Part shown: positions 1-9,734 of the stretch, one piece after another
How positions within the stretch are numbered: position 1 is the first letter of the stretch
Layout: the number at the start of each line of letters is the position of its first letter
Assembly (NCBI GenBank): GCA_947501605.1
Contig: CANMWZ010000007.1
Coordinates: 61,921-125,920, forward strand
Direction: 5' to 3'
Length of the DNA stretch: 64,000 nucleotides
Origin: Planctomycetota bacterium
GTDB lineage: Bacteria > Planctomycetota > UBA1135 > UBA2386
Notes under the pieces: generated by a model
Seen by the model: only the letters and a program-made list of their open reading frames with translations
What the model was told of the DNA's origin: nothing
The model's database searches: none
Position numbers and translations under genes: made by a program

Positions 1-923
1 AGTCCAAAGGTCTCGTACCAGATGCTCGGCAGCAGCACGGCGGTGGCCGCGGCCATGTGGGTCTGCAAGTCAGCGGGCGTCAACTGGCCGAGCAGCGACA
101 CCCGGCCGCCGAGCCCTCGTGCCATCGTCTCCAGTCGCCCGCGCTCGGGCCCCTCGCCGGCGATCTGCAGTCGCCAGGGTGCACGTGCGTGTCGGCAGGC
201 TTCGAGGAGGACGTGAACGCCTTTCTCTTCGACCAGGCGGCAGGCGACGAGGAACACTGGCGGTCCGCCGTCGGCGCGCTGTGCCAGTGCCGCCGCAGCC
301 GGTTCGCCGGGGTCCTCGCACGACAGCCACTTCGTCTGCACGCGGTCCGCAGCGAACCCGGCGTCGAGGAACTGCTGGCGCGCAAACGAGGTCGGCACCA
401 GGATGCGGTCTATGCGGTGAAAGGTCGAAAGCGCGCGATGCAGTGCCGTTCCGACGAACCTCGTGCTGCTGCCGACGACGCCGCGGTAGCAGCGGTGCGC
501 GATCCCTGACCAAGGAAGCGAGCCCTTGCAGTCGGTGCAGATCGCGCCATCGCGGAAGAACACGCCGTTGAGGCAGAACAGATAGAAGTTGTGCGCGGTG
601 AAGACCGTTGCCACGCCTTCGCGACGAGCCGCAGCGAACACCGCAGGCGACAGCAGCGGCCAGACGTTGTGGGCGTGCACGACGTCGGGCCGGTGTTGGC
701 GACAGAGCGCGCGAACGCGGCGATGGGCCGACAGCGACCACGCGTTGCGCAGGGGCAAGGCGAGCTTCTCGAAGAAGCCCATGTCGCGGATGGCGTCGTT
801 GTGCGCCGCCTCCTGCACCACCGTGACGCCCGGCTGCGCTGCGAGCAACCGCGCTTCTCGTTCGGCCGCAGCCGACTCTCCGCCCCAGACTTGATAGTGG
901 TTGTGGAGCCAGAGGATCTTCAT
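1..923 (-). CDS. Glycosyltransferase family 4 (runs off window edge; 3' end missing)
   Basis: Absent from the ORF track; read by hand. ATG at 923 overlaps the upstream stop (ATGA). Translates MKILWLHNHYQVWGGESAAAERE... and is open to the edge, ending ...AVLLPSIWYETFGL, the GT-B PSxxxExFG motif. Confidence 0.9.
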   Translation of the reverse strand, partial: MKILWLHNHYQVWGGESAAAEREARLLAAQPGVTVVQEAAHNDAIRDMGFFEKLALPLRNAWSLSAHRRVRALCRQHRPDVVHAHNVWPLLSPAVFAAARREGVATVFTAHNFYLFCLNGVFFRDGAICTDCKGSLPWSGIAHRCYRGVVGSSTRFVGTALHRALSTFHRIDRILVPTSFARQQFLDAGFAADRVQTKWLSCEDPGEPAAAALAQRADGGPPVFLVACRLVEEKGVHVLLEACRHARAPWRLQIAGEGPERGRLETMARGLGGRVSLLGQLTPADLQTHMAAATAVLLPSIWYETFG

Positions 924-2062
924 TGGCGACCTCCGCAGAGGGCCACGAAACCGGCGGTTGCCTCAGCGCCGAGGCGTGCGGGCGAGAATCGCGTTTTGGC
1001 GATGTCGTAGGCCCGAGCCGCAAGCGCGGTGCGTTGGGCGGGATCGCTTGCGAGCGCATCGATCGCCGCTGCCATCGCCGGGACATCGCCCGGAGGCACC
1101 AGCACTCCAGCTTTGCCGTGGTCCAACGCCGAGCGGACATCCCCAACGTCGGTACTGACGATGGGGCGCTTCAGCAGCATCGCTTCGAGCACGGCCAGCG
1201 GGAGGCTCTCGCGCAGCGACGCATAGACAAAGAGATCCAAGGCGCCAACCGTTGCCAGTGTGTCTCGCGGCTCCTGGCGACCGATCACATGGATGCGACC
1301 CGCCGCGCGCGGACTCGCTGCCAGGCGGCGGAGGTTGGCCTCTTCGTCGCCGTAGCCCAGCAGGATCGCATGGACTCGCTTCTCCGCGCAACGGAGCACT
1401 GCTTCGGCGAGCAAGGCGTGGCCCTTTGCCGGGTGCAGCCGCGCGTGCATGCCCACGGCGAAGGCGCCAGCAGGAAGCCCGAGTGCAATCCGCGCCGCCG
1501 CGCTCTGCTGTGCGGCATCCCCGACGATGGCGGGGTCCAGTGCGTTCTGAAAGCAACGCAGTGTGACTCGCGACGGCAGCCCTCGACGGACGTCCGCTAC
1601 GGCGCGCTGCGATCCGACCCAGACTTCGTCGGCGCTGCGAATGCACATGCGGTCCATGAACTCGAACGCGCGAATTCGTGCCGAGCCTTCGCGGCCGACC
1701 CAACCGTGGACATGTGCGACCCATGGGACACCGAGCCCGCGCCGCGCGCCGGCGAGCCGGCACAGCAAGTCGCAGCGCATGTCGTGGCTGTAGACCGCGG
1801 CGGCGCCGGTCGTTCGGATCAGAGCTCGCAGCGCTGCGATTGCAGGGCGACTGCGCCGGGCGCCGTGCCACGCGATCGTGTGGTGCTGCAAGTGCGTCAG
1901 CCGGCTGGAAGTGAAGTGCACCGACGACGGCTGACCTGCAGTTGCGACTTCGACCAGAACGGGTTCGACGCTGGCGCGGTCGAAGTGAGCGAGCATCGTC
2001 TCCAGCAACCGTCCGGCGCCGCAGACTGGGAAGTAGTTGGCCTTGAGCACGAGCACTTTCAT
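920..2062 (-). CDS. Glycosyltransferase family 4
   Basis: MKVLVLKANY... start with ATGA overlap. Motifs ARLHPAKG and SLRESLPLAVLEAM...PIVSTDVG. Confidence 0.9.
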   Translation of the reverse strand: MKVLVLKANYFPVCGAGRLLETMLAHFDRASVEPVLVEVATAGQPSSVHFTSSRLTHLQHHTIAWHGARRSRPAIAALRALIRTTGAAAVYSHDMRCDLLCRLAGARRGLGVPWVAHVHGWVGREGSARIRAFEFMDRMCIRSADEVWVGSQRAVADVRRGLPSRVTLRCFQNALDPAIVGDAAQQSAAARIALGLPAGAFAVGMHARLHPAKGHALLAEAVLRCAEKRVHAILLGYGDEEANLRRLAASPRAAGRIHVIGRQEPRDTLATVGALDLFVYASLRESLPLAVLEAMLLKRPIVSTDVGDVRSALDHGKAGVLVPPGDVPAMAAAIDALASDPAQRTALAARAYDIAKTRFSPARLGAEATAGFVALCGGRQ

Positions 2063-3408
2063 GTCGCGCCCTCTGGGTGGCGCGGCAGGCCCATCCACGC
2101 GCATGCGAGCCCGAGCCAGATCCACGGCATCGGTGCCTCCTGCATATGGATGACGATCGTCGACGCGATCAGCGCGACGAGTCCACCTTCACAGCAGAGG
2201 CCGAGATTGCGATCGAGAGAACCGCGAGGAAGGGCGCGATTGCGGCGGCGAAAGCCGAGGGCCATGGATGCGATTGCGCCGGCCGCGAGCAACAGTCCGA
2301 GTGCACCCTGTTCGACCCAGATCTCGAGGTAGGTGTTGTGACCGCCGATGTCGCCGAGGCCGTAGGCCGCATGCTCCGTACTGGCGAGCATCCACCGCGC
2401 CTGCTCGACGTAGCGACCCTTGCCGGTCGCTTCGTAGAGCACGCCGTAGCAGCCGTAGCCGACACCGAAGAAGCCGTGCTCCATGCCGAGGTCGGCGCCG
2501 TAGCGCTGCATCTCCAAGCGCGCGATCAGCGAGTCGCTCTGCTGGAAGTGCGTCGGGTCGAACACGCGTTCGACGAGTGTGGCCGGTAGCAACGGCAGAG
2601 CGGCGATGCCGGTGCAGACCAAACCAGCCATCGCCAGGGCGCGGTGGCGCACGCCGCCGCGCAGGATCCACAGCACGCCGAACGCGCCGAGCGCCAACAC
2701 CGCCATGCGCGAATAGGTCAAGGCAGTGCCGACGAGCTGCAGCAGGCAGCCGGCAACGAGCAGCGAACGTTCGGCACGCGAGCGCGCCGCCTGCAGCAAC
2801 GCCGGTGTCCACGACAGCGAGCAAGTCAGCAGCAAGGCGAGCCCGAGAGGGTGCGCGAGCGTGCCGGTGACGCGCACGATCGAACCGGAGCCAAGTTCGT
2901 CGTCCCAGACCAGCGCCGCGCCGACAGCGCCGTCGGTGTTCTCTTTGACGTAGTCGACTTGCAGCGACGGCAACAGCCATTGCGCGATGCCGACGGCTGC
3001 CGCGATGCAGCCGATGGCGAAGAAGGCCCGCAGCAACATCATCAGGTCGCGGCGGTCTTCGATCGCGGCGTAGAGCGCGAACACCCAGAGCGCTGCGTGC
3101 AGCGTGCGCAGGCCGAAGCTCGCGAAGATGTCGGGCGCGACGGCCCACAGACCTGTGAGCATCGCCTGCGTGATACCAACGGCGATCCACAGGATCGGCC
3201 GCACGGGTGCTGGGCGGAGTCCCCTGAGGATCCAGTTGCCGATCAGGCCGCACAGGAGCGCGGCCTCGAGGTAGAACGGCAACTTGCCCACCGCGCCTTG
3301 TGGCGTCAGTTGCGATACGGGGCTCAGCAACAGCACGCACGCGAGCGCCACGACCGCGCAATGCGCGGGGCGCAATGCAATCGTCCGAGGCACTGTGAGC
3401 GCCGTCAT
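2059..3408 (-). CDS. O-antigen ligase / Wzy-type polymerase family membrane protein
   Basis: Multi-TM protein with RVTGTLAHP, LTYSR, GVGYG and HNTYLEIWVEQG (Wzy_C-like motifs). Lies in an EPS cluster. Confidence 0.85.
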   Translation of the reverse strand: MTALTVPRTIALRPAHCAVVALACVLLLSPVSQLTPQGAVGKLPFYLEAALLCGLIGNWILRGLRPAPVRPILWIAVGITQAMLTGLWAVAPDIFASFGLRTLHAALWVFALYAAIEDRRDLMMLLRAFFAIGCIAAAVGIAQWLLPSLQVDYVKENTDGAVGAALVWDDELGSGSIVRVTGTLAHPLGLALLLTCSLSWTPALLQAARSRAERSLLVAGCLLQLVGTALTYSRMAVLALGAFGVLWILRGGVRHRALAMAGLVCTGIAALPLLPATLVERVFDPTHFQQSDSLIARLEMQRYGADLGMEHGFFGVGYGCYGVLYEATGKGRYVEQARWMLASTEHAAYGLGDIGGHNTYLEIWVEQGALGLLLAAGAIASMALGFRRRNRALPRGSLDRNLGLCCEGGLVALIASTIVIHMQEAPMPWIWLGLACAWMGLPRHPEGAT

Positions 3409-3411
3409 GAT

Positions 3412-4869
3412 TCAGCTGGTGGCCTGCACTTCGCCCTGCTGCCCGGCGCGGCGCCACAGCCAGAGTGCCACGCCGGCGCTGGCAAAGAACACGATGCAGC
3501 CGAGGAGCACCGCGACTCTCGCGGGCAGGCCGAAGCTACGCATCGGCGTCGGCAAGAAGTTTGGCGGCGTGACCACCGTCACGTTGGCGATCTGATGCCG
3601 GTCGAGGACCTGCTCGATTTGTGCCAGGCGCAGACCCTCGCGCGCTTGCACGAGGTCGCGCTTTGCTTCGGCGACGTCCAGTTCGCACTTTTGCAAGGCC
3701 GCTCGACCGGCTTCGAGCGCCAGCAGGCGTTGCTGGAGGTCTTGGACGTCCTTGCGCGCTACCTGGAGTTGCGCGGCGAGGCCCACGGATTCCGCGGTGG
3801 CCTTCGCTTGCAGATCGCGCAACGAGTCATGCAGCGGGTCACGGCCCGTGATCACACCGTCCTGGCGAACCGGCAGCGCCGCTTCGACGAGGCCTTGGAG
3901 CAGTTGCACGAGCTGTTGGGCTTGGCGCACCTCGGGCGAGTCGTCGAGGTACATCTGGCGCGCGGTGGCGAGTTGTTCCTGCGCGCTGGCGGAGCGCAGC
4001 TCCAGCGCGTCGCGAGTCGGGTTCGCGCGCTGCTCGGTCGATTGGCGCAGTTCGTTGGGGGTGTCGGCGAGCAGCTTCGACAACAACGTGATGCGGGCCT
4101 TGGCCGAGGCCAGTTCGCCCTCGAGTCGCTGCGCAGTGCTCTCTGCCGCCGTGCGCCGCGTCTCGAGTTGCTCGACCTCCGTGACCACGTCGATGACCGA
4201 GAGCCGTGTCCTCGTTGCCGTCAGCGCGGCTTCTGTGCGGGCGAGTGCGCCTTCTCGATCGGCGAGGAAGGTCTGCAGGATCGGTGCCATGCCACGACCG
4301 CCGAAGGCACGCTGATGGTCCTCCATGTAGCAGTCGAGCATGTAGCTCAGCAGCCTCTGGGCTGCTTCCGGCCGTTCGCTGCGACATTCGAGCACGAACA
4401 TGGTCGAACTCGGGATCGCAGCGATGCGCAGCGACGAGGCCCACTTGTCCAGCGCGCGCTGTTCGTCGGTTCGCTGCGGCAACAGTCCGAGCAGCTCGGC
4501 GGTGCCAACCAACAGTGCGGAGACAAGTCCGCGAGGCTTGCCGACCGCTGTCTCGCGGTCTTCTTGGCACAAGCGTTCGAAGGCGCGGCGCAGCAAGTCG
4601 CTGCTGCTCAACAACTCGACCTCGGTCTGCACGTCTTCGCGGCGCGGGTTGCCGGCGAGGAAGGGGGCGGGCGAACCGACCATCGAGGGCCGCGAACCGG
4701 CAGTCTCGGGGCCGATCTGGAGCATGACTTTGGCGTTGACCAGCCATTTCTCGCTGCTGGTGGCGGCGGCGAGGATGCCGATCGCGAAGCCAAGCAGAGC
4801 GCAACCGCCAACGAGCTTTGCGCCGGCGCGCAGCGGGCGGTTGGGAGTGATGGATCCGAGGACATTCAT
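3412..4869 (-). CDS. Polysaccharide co-polymerase / chain-length determinant (GumC/Wzc N-terminal-like, no kinase domain)
   Basis: N-terminal TM, TEVELLSS motif, long coiled coil, NVTVVTPP..P motif before a C-terminal TM. Start set at MNVLGS to avoid overlap with the flippase. Confidence 0.8.
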   Translation of the reverse strand: MNVLGSITPNRPLRAGAKLVGGCALLGFAIGILAAATSSEKWLVNAKVMLQIGPETAGSRPSMVGSPAPFLAGNPRREDVQTEVELLSSSDLLRRAFERLCQEDRETAVGKPRGLVSALLVGTAELLGLLPQRTDEQRALDKWASSLRIAAIPSSTMFVLECRSERPEAAQRLLSYMLDCYMEDHQRAFGGRGMAPILQTFLADREGALARTEAALTATRTRLSVIDVVTEVEQLETRRTAAESTAQRLEGELASAKARITLLSKLLADTPNELRQSTEQRANPTRDALELRSASAQEQLATARQMYLDDSPEVRQAQQLVQLLQGLVEAALPVRQDGVITGRDPLHDSLRDLQAKATAESVGLAAQLQVARKDVQDLQQRLLALEAGRAALQKCELDVAEAKRDLVQAREGLRLAQIEQVLDRHQIANVTVVTPPNFLPTPMRSFGLPARVAVLLGCIVFFASAGVALWLWRRAGQQGEVQATS

Positions 4870-4900
4870 GGCATCTGGGTTCCCAAGGTGGGCGGGGACG

Positions 4901-6235
4901 TTAGCACGTGGCGTCGGCGGTGGCGCGCGACTCGCCGCGGTCGCGCAGCACGAGTAGCACGATGCCAAGTGCAAGCGTCGCGCGGCCAGCCGTGCGGACC
5001 CAGGCCGTGACCTGGGCGCGGTCGTCGCCTTCTACGAACAGGTTGCCGAGCACCACGACCAAGAGCAGCAGTGCGTTGAGGACGATGAAGCGACCAGGAC
5101 GATCGCGGCTGATGAACGTCAGGCCGAGCGGGTCGGTCAACGCCGTCAGCACGACGCCGAGAAGCACGATCGGGTAGAGGTCAACAGCGCTGGCGTAGTG
5201 TGGCAGCAAGCGCGGCAGCGCGAAGGTGACAACGGGCAGGCTCAGCAAGGCGAGGCTGGCGACCGCGAGGCCCCACCTGGCCGAATGGCGCAGCATCGCG
5301 CGGCGTGCGGCGGCGTCATGGGCGCGTCCGGCTTGTGGCAAGAGCGCGGTCATCACGGCGCTAGTAGCGAGTTCGAGCACGGTTGCGAACAGCACAGCGA
5401 TGCGCAGTCGCCCCGTGGTCACGTCGTCGGCGCGGGCGTCGAGCAGGAACAGGTCGACCTGCGCCGCCGTCGAGGCGAGAGCCGTGGCCAGCACCATGCG
5501 GCCGCCAAAGTGCAGCAGCCGCGCGCGGTCGTTCGCGGCGTCGGCTCCGGGCAGCAGTGCGGGCAGTGGGCCGGCCGCGCGCCGCACGGACAGGGCAATC
5601 GCCGCGGCCGTGACGATGTGCGCGGCAATCGCGGTCGCGAGCGACAGCAGGCCCAAAGCCCACAGCATGGTCCAGGCGAACAGTCGTGCCGCTGAGTTCG
5701 CGACCATCCACGAGCTCAACGCCAAGAACCGTTCGCGCAATTGCAGCACGCCGAGTTCGAATTGGAGCAGCACTCCGAACATCGCCGCCAGGGTCGCGAT
5801 CCCGAGCACCAGTGCGCGCGATGGTTCGCCAGGTTGGTCGATCAGCCAGTGCGCCGCCGCAGCGAGTGCCGCGGCCACGACGCAGCCGGCCGCGATCAGT
5901 CGCCGCTGCAGCGCCCACGCGGTTGCCAGCATCTGGTCGCCGCCGCCGTCGCGCTCGCGGGCCGCAACCGGGTGAAGGCGCAGCAGCGCCCAGTTGAGGC
6001 TGCGGCCCATGACTTCCTGCAAGCACTGGAATGCCGCGAGGAACAGACTCGCTGCGGCGAATGCCGCGGCGTCGAGTCCCGATGGCAGCAGCAGTCCGCT
6101 GCCGAGAAACCCAAGCCCCGCAACCGCCGCGTTTGCCGTTGTCATCGCGCCGACGCGAGCGCGCAACGAACGTGAGGCTTCGGGGCTCGGCGCCGCGGGC
6201 GGCAGTGGCTCTTGAGGAGGGGGGCTGGCCGTCAC
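4901..6235 (-). CDS. Polysaccharide flippase (Wzx-like)
   Basis: About 12 hydrophobic segments, QVDLFLL motif, EPS cluster context. Start uncertain (GTG 6235 or a downstream ATG). Confidence 0.75.
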   Translation of the reverse strand: MTASPPPQEPLPPAAPSPEASRSLRARVGAMTTANAAVAGLGFLGSGLLLPSGLDAAAFAAASLFLAAFQCLQEVMGRSLNWALLRLHPVAARERDGGGDQMLATAWALQRRLIAAGCVVAAALAAAAHWLIDQPGEPSRALVLGIATLAAMFGVLLQFELGVLQLRERFLALSSWMVANSAARLFAWTMLWALGLLSLATAIAAHIVTAAAIALSVRRAAGPLPALLPGADAANDRARLLHFGGRMVLATALASTAAQVDLFLLDARADDVTTGRLRIAVLFATVLELATSAVMTALLPQAGRAHDAAARRAMLRHSARWGLAVASLALLSLPVVTFALPRLLPHYASAVDLYPIVLLGVVLTALTDPLGLTFISRDRPGRFIVLNALLLLVVVLGNLFVEGDDRAQVTAWVRTAGRATLALGIVLLVLRDRGESRATADATC

Positions 6236-6385
6236 GAAGGGGTGGCTGACGAAGGCAAATTCTCGCGTATGTTTGTCCCAGCCATCCAACCTGGGACAAC
6301 TTATTCGCCGTTTCCGCAGTCCGTTCCCGCCCCTGAAACTCCTGCTGCGAAAGCGCCTACCCCTCGGCGTTCGAGCTGTTCCCCG

Positions 6386-7753
6386 ATGCTGCGCGACCAT
6401 CCACGTCTTGCTCCGATCCTAGTCCTTGCCGGCGACCAGCTGGCGATGGTCGCGGCGTGGGCTCTGATTGCGCAGTGGATTGCGCGACCGCTGCCGCCGC
6501 TCGTGCTGCTGCCGCTGGCGTTTCTCCAGCTCGTTGTTGCTTCGGATGCCGGACTCAACAATCAGCTGCGGTACGTCGGTTGGTGGGGGCTCGTCCGTCG
6601 GGTCTTTGCGGTCTGGGTTCGGGTCACAGTCGGCTTGTGTCTTCTCGGCTTCTTGTCGCCTGAGCACGTGCCGCGCGAGTCCGTCGCCGCCTTTGCCTTG
6701 GCCTACCTCGCGGCGCTGCTCGCGGTGCGGGTCGGCACCTTGCTGTTGCGTCGCTTTGTGCGCCGACGTGGGCGCAACCTGCGCTACCTCGTGGTTGCTG
6801 GGACGGGGCCGGCAGCCGTTCAGGCGAGTCGCGCCTTCAGCGGCGATCCTGGCCACGGCATGCAGTTGCTGGGATTCCTTGGCGAACGAGGCCCGACCGA
6901 ATTGCCGGCGCCTGTTCTCGGTCGCTTCGAAGACCTCGAACAGATCGTACGCACCCTCGTGATCGATGAGGTCCTGGTTGCCGACCCTGCTGCTTCGGTT
7001 GCCGCGATTGCGGGTCTGTGCCGCTCGTGCAACACGCTCGGCCTGCGCACCCACCTGACTTCCGGCTTCGTCCCCGGGTCGTGGCGCGGGGTCGATGCCC
7101 GCGATGTCGGCGGCGAAGTGGTGCTCAGCCTCACGCCGTTCCCACACAGCATGGTCGGCCTCTCGGCCAAGCGTGCTCTCGATATCGGGCTTGCTGGCGC
7201 GGCGATGTTGATCCTCCTGCCGGTGTTCGTCGTGTTGGCGATCGCCATCAAGCTTGGCTCCAAGGGGCCCGTGTTGTTCGTGCAGTGGCGCGTTGGCCTG
7301 AACGGACGACGTTTCCGATTCCCGAAGTTCCGCTCCATGGTCGCGGATGCTGAGGCGCGCCTTTGCGACGTGATGGCGCACAACGAGATGGACGGGCCGG
7401 TCTTCAAGATGAAGCACGATCCGCGGATCACTCGGGTCGGCGCGTGGTTGCGACGCTACAGCCTCGACGAGTTGCCGCAGCTCTGGTGCGTGCTGACCGG
7501 CGACATGAGCCTGGTCGGCCCACGGCCGCTGATGCCGCACGAAATCGATGGTCACGAGAGCTGGCAGCGCCGTCGCTTGTCGATGCGTCCTGGGCTCACG
7601 TGTCTGTGGCAGGTGAGCGGTCGCAACCATGTCGACTTCGAACGATGGATGCGACTCGATCTCGAGTACATCGATGGCTGGTCCCTCGGCCTCGACTTCC
7701 AGATCCTCGCGCGTACGGTGCCTGCCGTGTTCTCGGGCCGCGGCGCGAGCTGA
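6386..7753 (+). CDS. Priming polyprenyl glycosylphosphotransferase (WcaJ/GumD-type sugar transferase)
   Basis: KRALDI, KFRSM, DPRITRVG, SLDELPQL, GDMSLVGPRP, RPGLT.LWQVSGR and D.EYI motifs. N-terminal TMs plus a CoA-binding-like region. Alternative start 6269. Confidence 0.93.
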   Translation: MLRDHPRLAPILVLAGDQLAMVAAWALIAQWIARPLPPLVLLPLAFLQLVVASDAGLNNQLRYVGWWGLVRRVFAVWVRVTVGLCLLGFLSPEHVPRESVAAFALAYLAALLAVRVGTLLLRRFVRRRGRNLRYLVVAGTGPAAVQASRAFSGDPGHGMQLLGFLGERGPTELPAPVLGRFEDLEQIVRTLVIDEVLVADPAASVAAIAGLCRSCNTLGLRTHLTSGFVPGSWRGVDARDVGGEVVLSLTPFPHSMVGLSAKRALDIGLAGAAMLILLPVFVVLAIAIKLGSKGPVLFVQWRVGLNGRRFRFPKFRSMVADAEARLCDVMAHNEMDGPVFKMKHDPRITRVGAWLRRYSLDELPQLWCVLTGDMSLVGPRPLMPHEIDGHESWQRRRLSMRPGLTCLWQVSGRNHVDFERWMRLDLEYIDGWSLGLDFQILARTVPAVFSGRGAS

Positions 7754-7778
7754 GTCCGGCCGAGCCGACCGATTCGCC

Positions 7779-8489
7779 ATGACCCGAATGCGCCTGTTGC
7801 CCTGCCTCGTTGTCCTTGCTCTACCATTCGCTGCGTGCAGCAGCTACGCCGGTCTCGCTGTCGGCGAGACCCGCACGATCGAGACCGAGATCGAAGACGC
7901 CACCGCGGACTATCGCATCCAACCGGGGGATGGGCTGGTGATCGAGTTTGCGCACCACCCGACGCGCCGCGCCGAACTGGTCGTGCGACCAGACGGTGTG
8001 ATCTCGATCCCCTTTGCCGAGGAAGTTCACGTCGCCGGATGCACGGTGCCGGAGGCCGACGCGATGCTGACGGCGAGCGTCGAGAAGCACCTGCGTGACC
8101 CCGCGCTCACGATCCTCGTCGCCGCGGTTGCCAAGTCGCAGGTCTTCGTCGGCGGCGAAGTGCTGCGGGCTGGCGCGGTGCCGCTGATCCCTGGGATGAC
8201 TGCGTTTCAAGCGCTCACCTCGGTTGGCGGCATCGCTCCGAGCGGTCAAGCGGACAGCATCATCCTGGTGCGCGCGGCCGGTCCCGGCAAACGCATCGTC
8301 CGCCGGCTTTCGCTCGCTGGTGGCGACATGCTGCAGAACGACGTGATCCTCGGCCCGTTCGACATCCTCTTCGTGCCGCGCACGTCGGTTGCCGACATCG
8401 GGCTGTTCGTCAACTCGAACATCAACGCCATCGTCCCGCGCGCCATCAACTTCACCGCGTTCTACGACCTCCAGAACACGTTCCGGTGA
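7779..8489 (+). CDS. Polysaccharide export lipoprotein (Wza/Poly_export + SLBB)
   Basis: Lipobox FAAC; YRIQPGD, VRPDG.ISIP, VFVGGEV and D.LFVP motifs. Confidence 0.88.
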   Translation: MTRMRLLPCLVVLALPFAACSSYAGLAVGETRTIETEIEDATADYRIQPGDGLVIEFAHHPTRRAELVVRPDGVISIPFAEEVHVAGCTVPEADAMLTASVEKHLRDPALTILVAAVAKSQVFVGGEVLRAGAVPLIPGMTAFQALTSVGGIAPSGQADSIILVRAAGPGKRIVRRLSLAGGDMLQNDVILGPFDILFVPRTSVADIGLFVNSNINAIVPRAINFTAFYDLQNTFR

Positions 8490-9604
8490 GCGCGCGTCCA
8501 CTTCGCATCGCGATGCTCGGCGGCCGGGGAATCCCGGCCAACTACAGCGGCTTCGACACTCTGCTCGAGGAGCTGTCCGCGCGTCTCGTGGCGCAGCACG
8601 GCATGGATGTCACCGTCTACTGCCGCCGCCATTACTACGACGAGCGACCGGCGCTGCATCGCGGCGTGCGCTGTGTCTACCTGCGCGCGATCCGGGGCAA
8701 AGGGCTCGAGAGCATCTATCACACCTCGCGCTCGGTGCTGCACACGTGTCTCCGTCGCTTTGACGTCGCCTTCGTGGTCGACCCGGCGAATGCGCCGTTC
8801 GCGCTGCCTTTGCGTCTCCGTCGAATTCCCACCGTGTTCCACACCGATGGGCTCGGCTGGAAGCGCAGCAAGTGGAGTGGTTCGGCGCGGCGCTACTACC
8901 GCTGGGTCGAGGGCTTCTGCGCTCGCTCCGCGACGGCGCTGGTCACCGATGCGCTGGCGATGCAGCGTTACTACCAACAGGTGTGGGGACGCGACAGCAC
9001 CTACTTGGCCTACGGCGCCGAATCGCAAGGCGGACTCAGCGACGAAGGTCTGTTGCGTTTCTCGCTGCAGCAAGGCGGCTACTACCTCGTGGTCGCGCGC
9101 ATCGAACAAGAGAACAACACGGAGTTGCTGGTCCGGGAGTACCTGGCGTCGGCGGTGTCGCGACCGCTCGTTGTCGTTGGTGGCGCGCGCTACGCCTCGG
9201 ACTACAGCAAGCGTCTGTTCGCGCTCGCCTGCGACCGCGTGAAGTTCGTCGGCGGGGTCTACGAGTCGGCGGTCCTGAACGGTCTCTATCGTCACTGCCG
9301 CGCCTATGTGCATGGCCACGAAGTCGGCGGCACCAACCCTGGCCTTCTGCGCGCGATGGCTCACGGGGCGCCGGTGCTTGCTGTCGACGTCGACTTCAAC
9401 CGCGAGGTGCTCGGCGATGGCGGGCGCTTCTTCGGCAAGACCGCGGGCGAAGGTGCATCCTTGCTGCGCGCCGTCGATGGTGACGACGCCCTGTTGCGGA
9501 CCCTCGGTGCGGCGGCGAGAGCGCGTGCCGAGTCGGCGTATCGGTGGGACGACGTTGCTGCTGGCTACGCGCGATTGTTCCGAACAGTCGCAGCGCGGGG
9601 GTGA
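8486..9604 (+). CDS. Glycosyltransferase family 4 (DUF1972-type N-terminus)
   Basis: RGIPANYSGFDT, DGLGWKRSKW, ARIEQENN and HGHEVGGTNPGLL motifs. GTGA overlap with the upstream gene. Confidence 0.88.
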   Translation: MSARPLRIAMLGGRGIPANYSGFDTLLEELSARLVAQHGMDVTVYCRRHYYDERPALHRGVRCVYLRAIRGKGLESIYHTSRSVLHTCLRRFDVAFVVDPANAPFALPLRLRRIPTVFHTDGLGWKRSKWSGSARRYYRWVEGFCARSATALVTDALAMQRYYQQVWGRDSTYLAYGAESQGGLSDEGLLRFSLQQGGYYLVVARIEQENNTELLVREYLASAVSRPLVVVGGARYASDYSKRLFALACDRVKFVGGVYESAVLNGLYRHCRAYVHGHEVGGTNPGLLRAMAHGAPVLAVDVDFNREVLGDGGRFFGKTAGEGASLLRAVDGDDALLRTLGAAARARAESAYRWDDVAAGYARLFRTVAARG

Positions 9605-9734
9605 CTGGCGTGCGCGCGCATTCGCTTGGTCTTGCGGTGGACCGGGGCCGGCAGCTATGGGGCGTAGGCCGCACCAGTCCTCATGCGCTAGTCTGTGGGG
9701 CTTCTGTTCGTCCCTTCGCTCCGAGGTTGATGCC

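Noticed and set aside
2644..5010. Long alternative-frame ORFs such as 2644-5010 (+), 23682-26381 (-), 41108-43615 (+) and 15250-17235 (-)
   Set aside because: They are antisense shadows of well-supported genes, expected in high-GC DNA, and have no motifs of their own.
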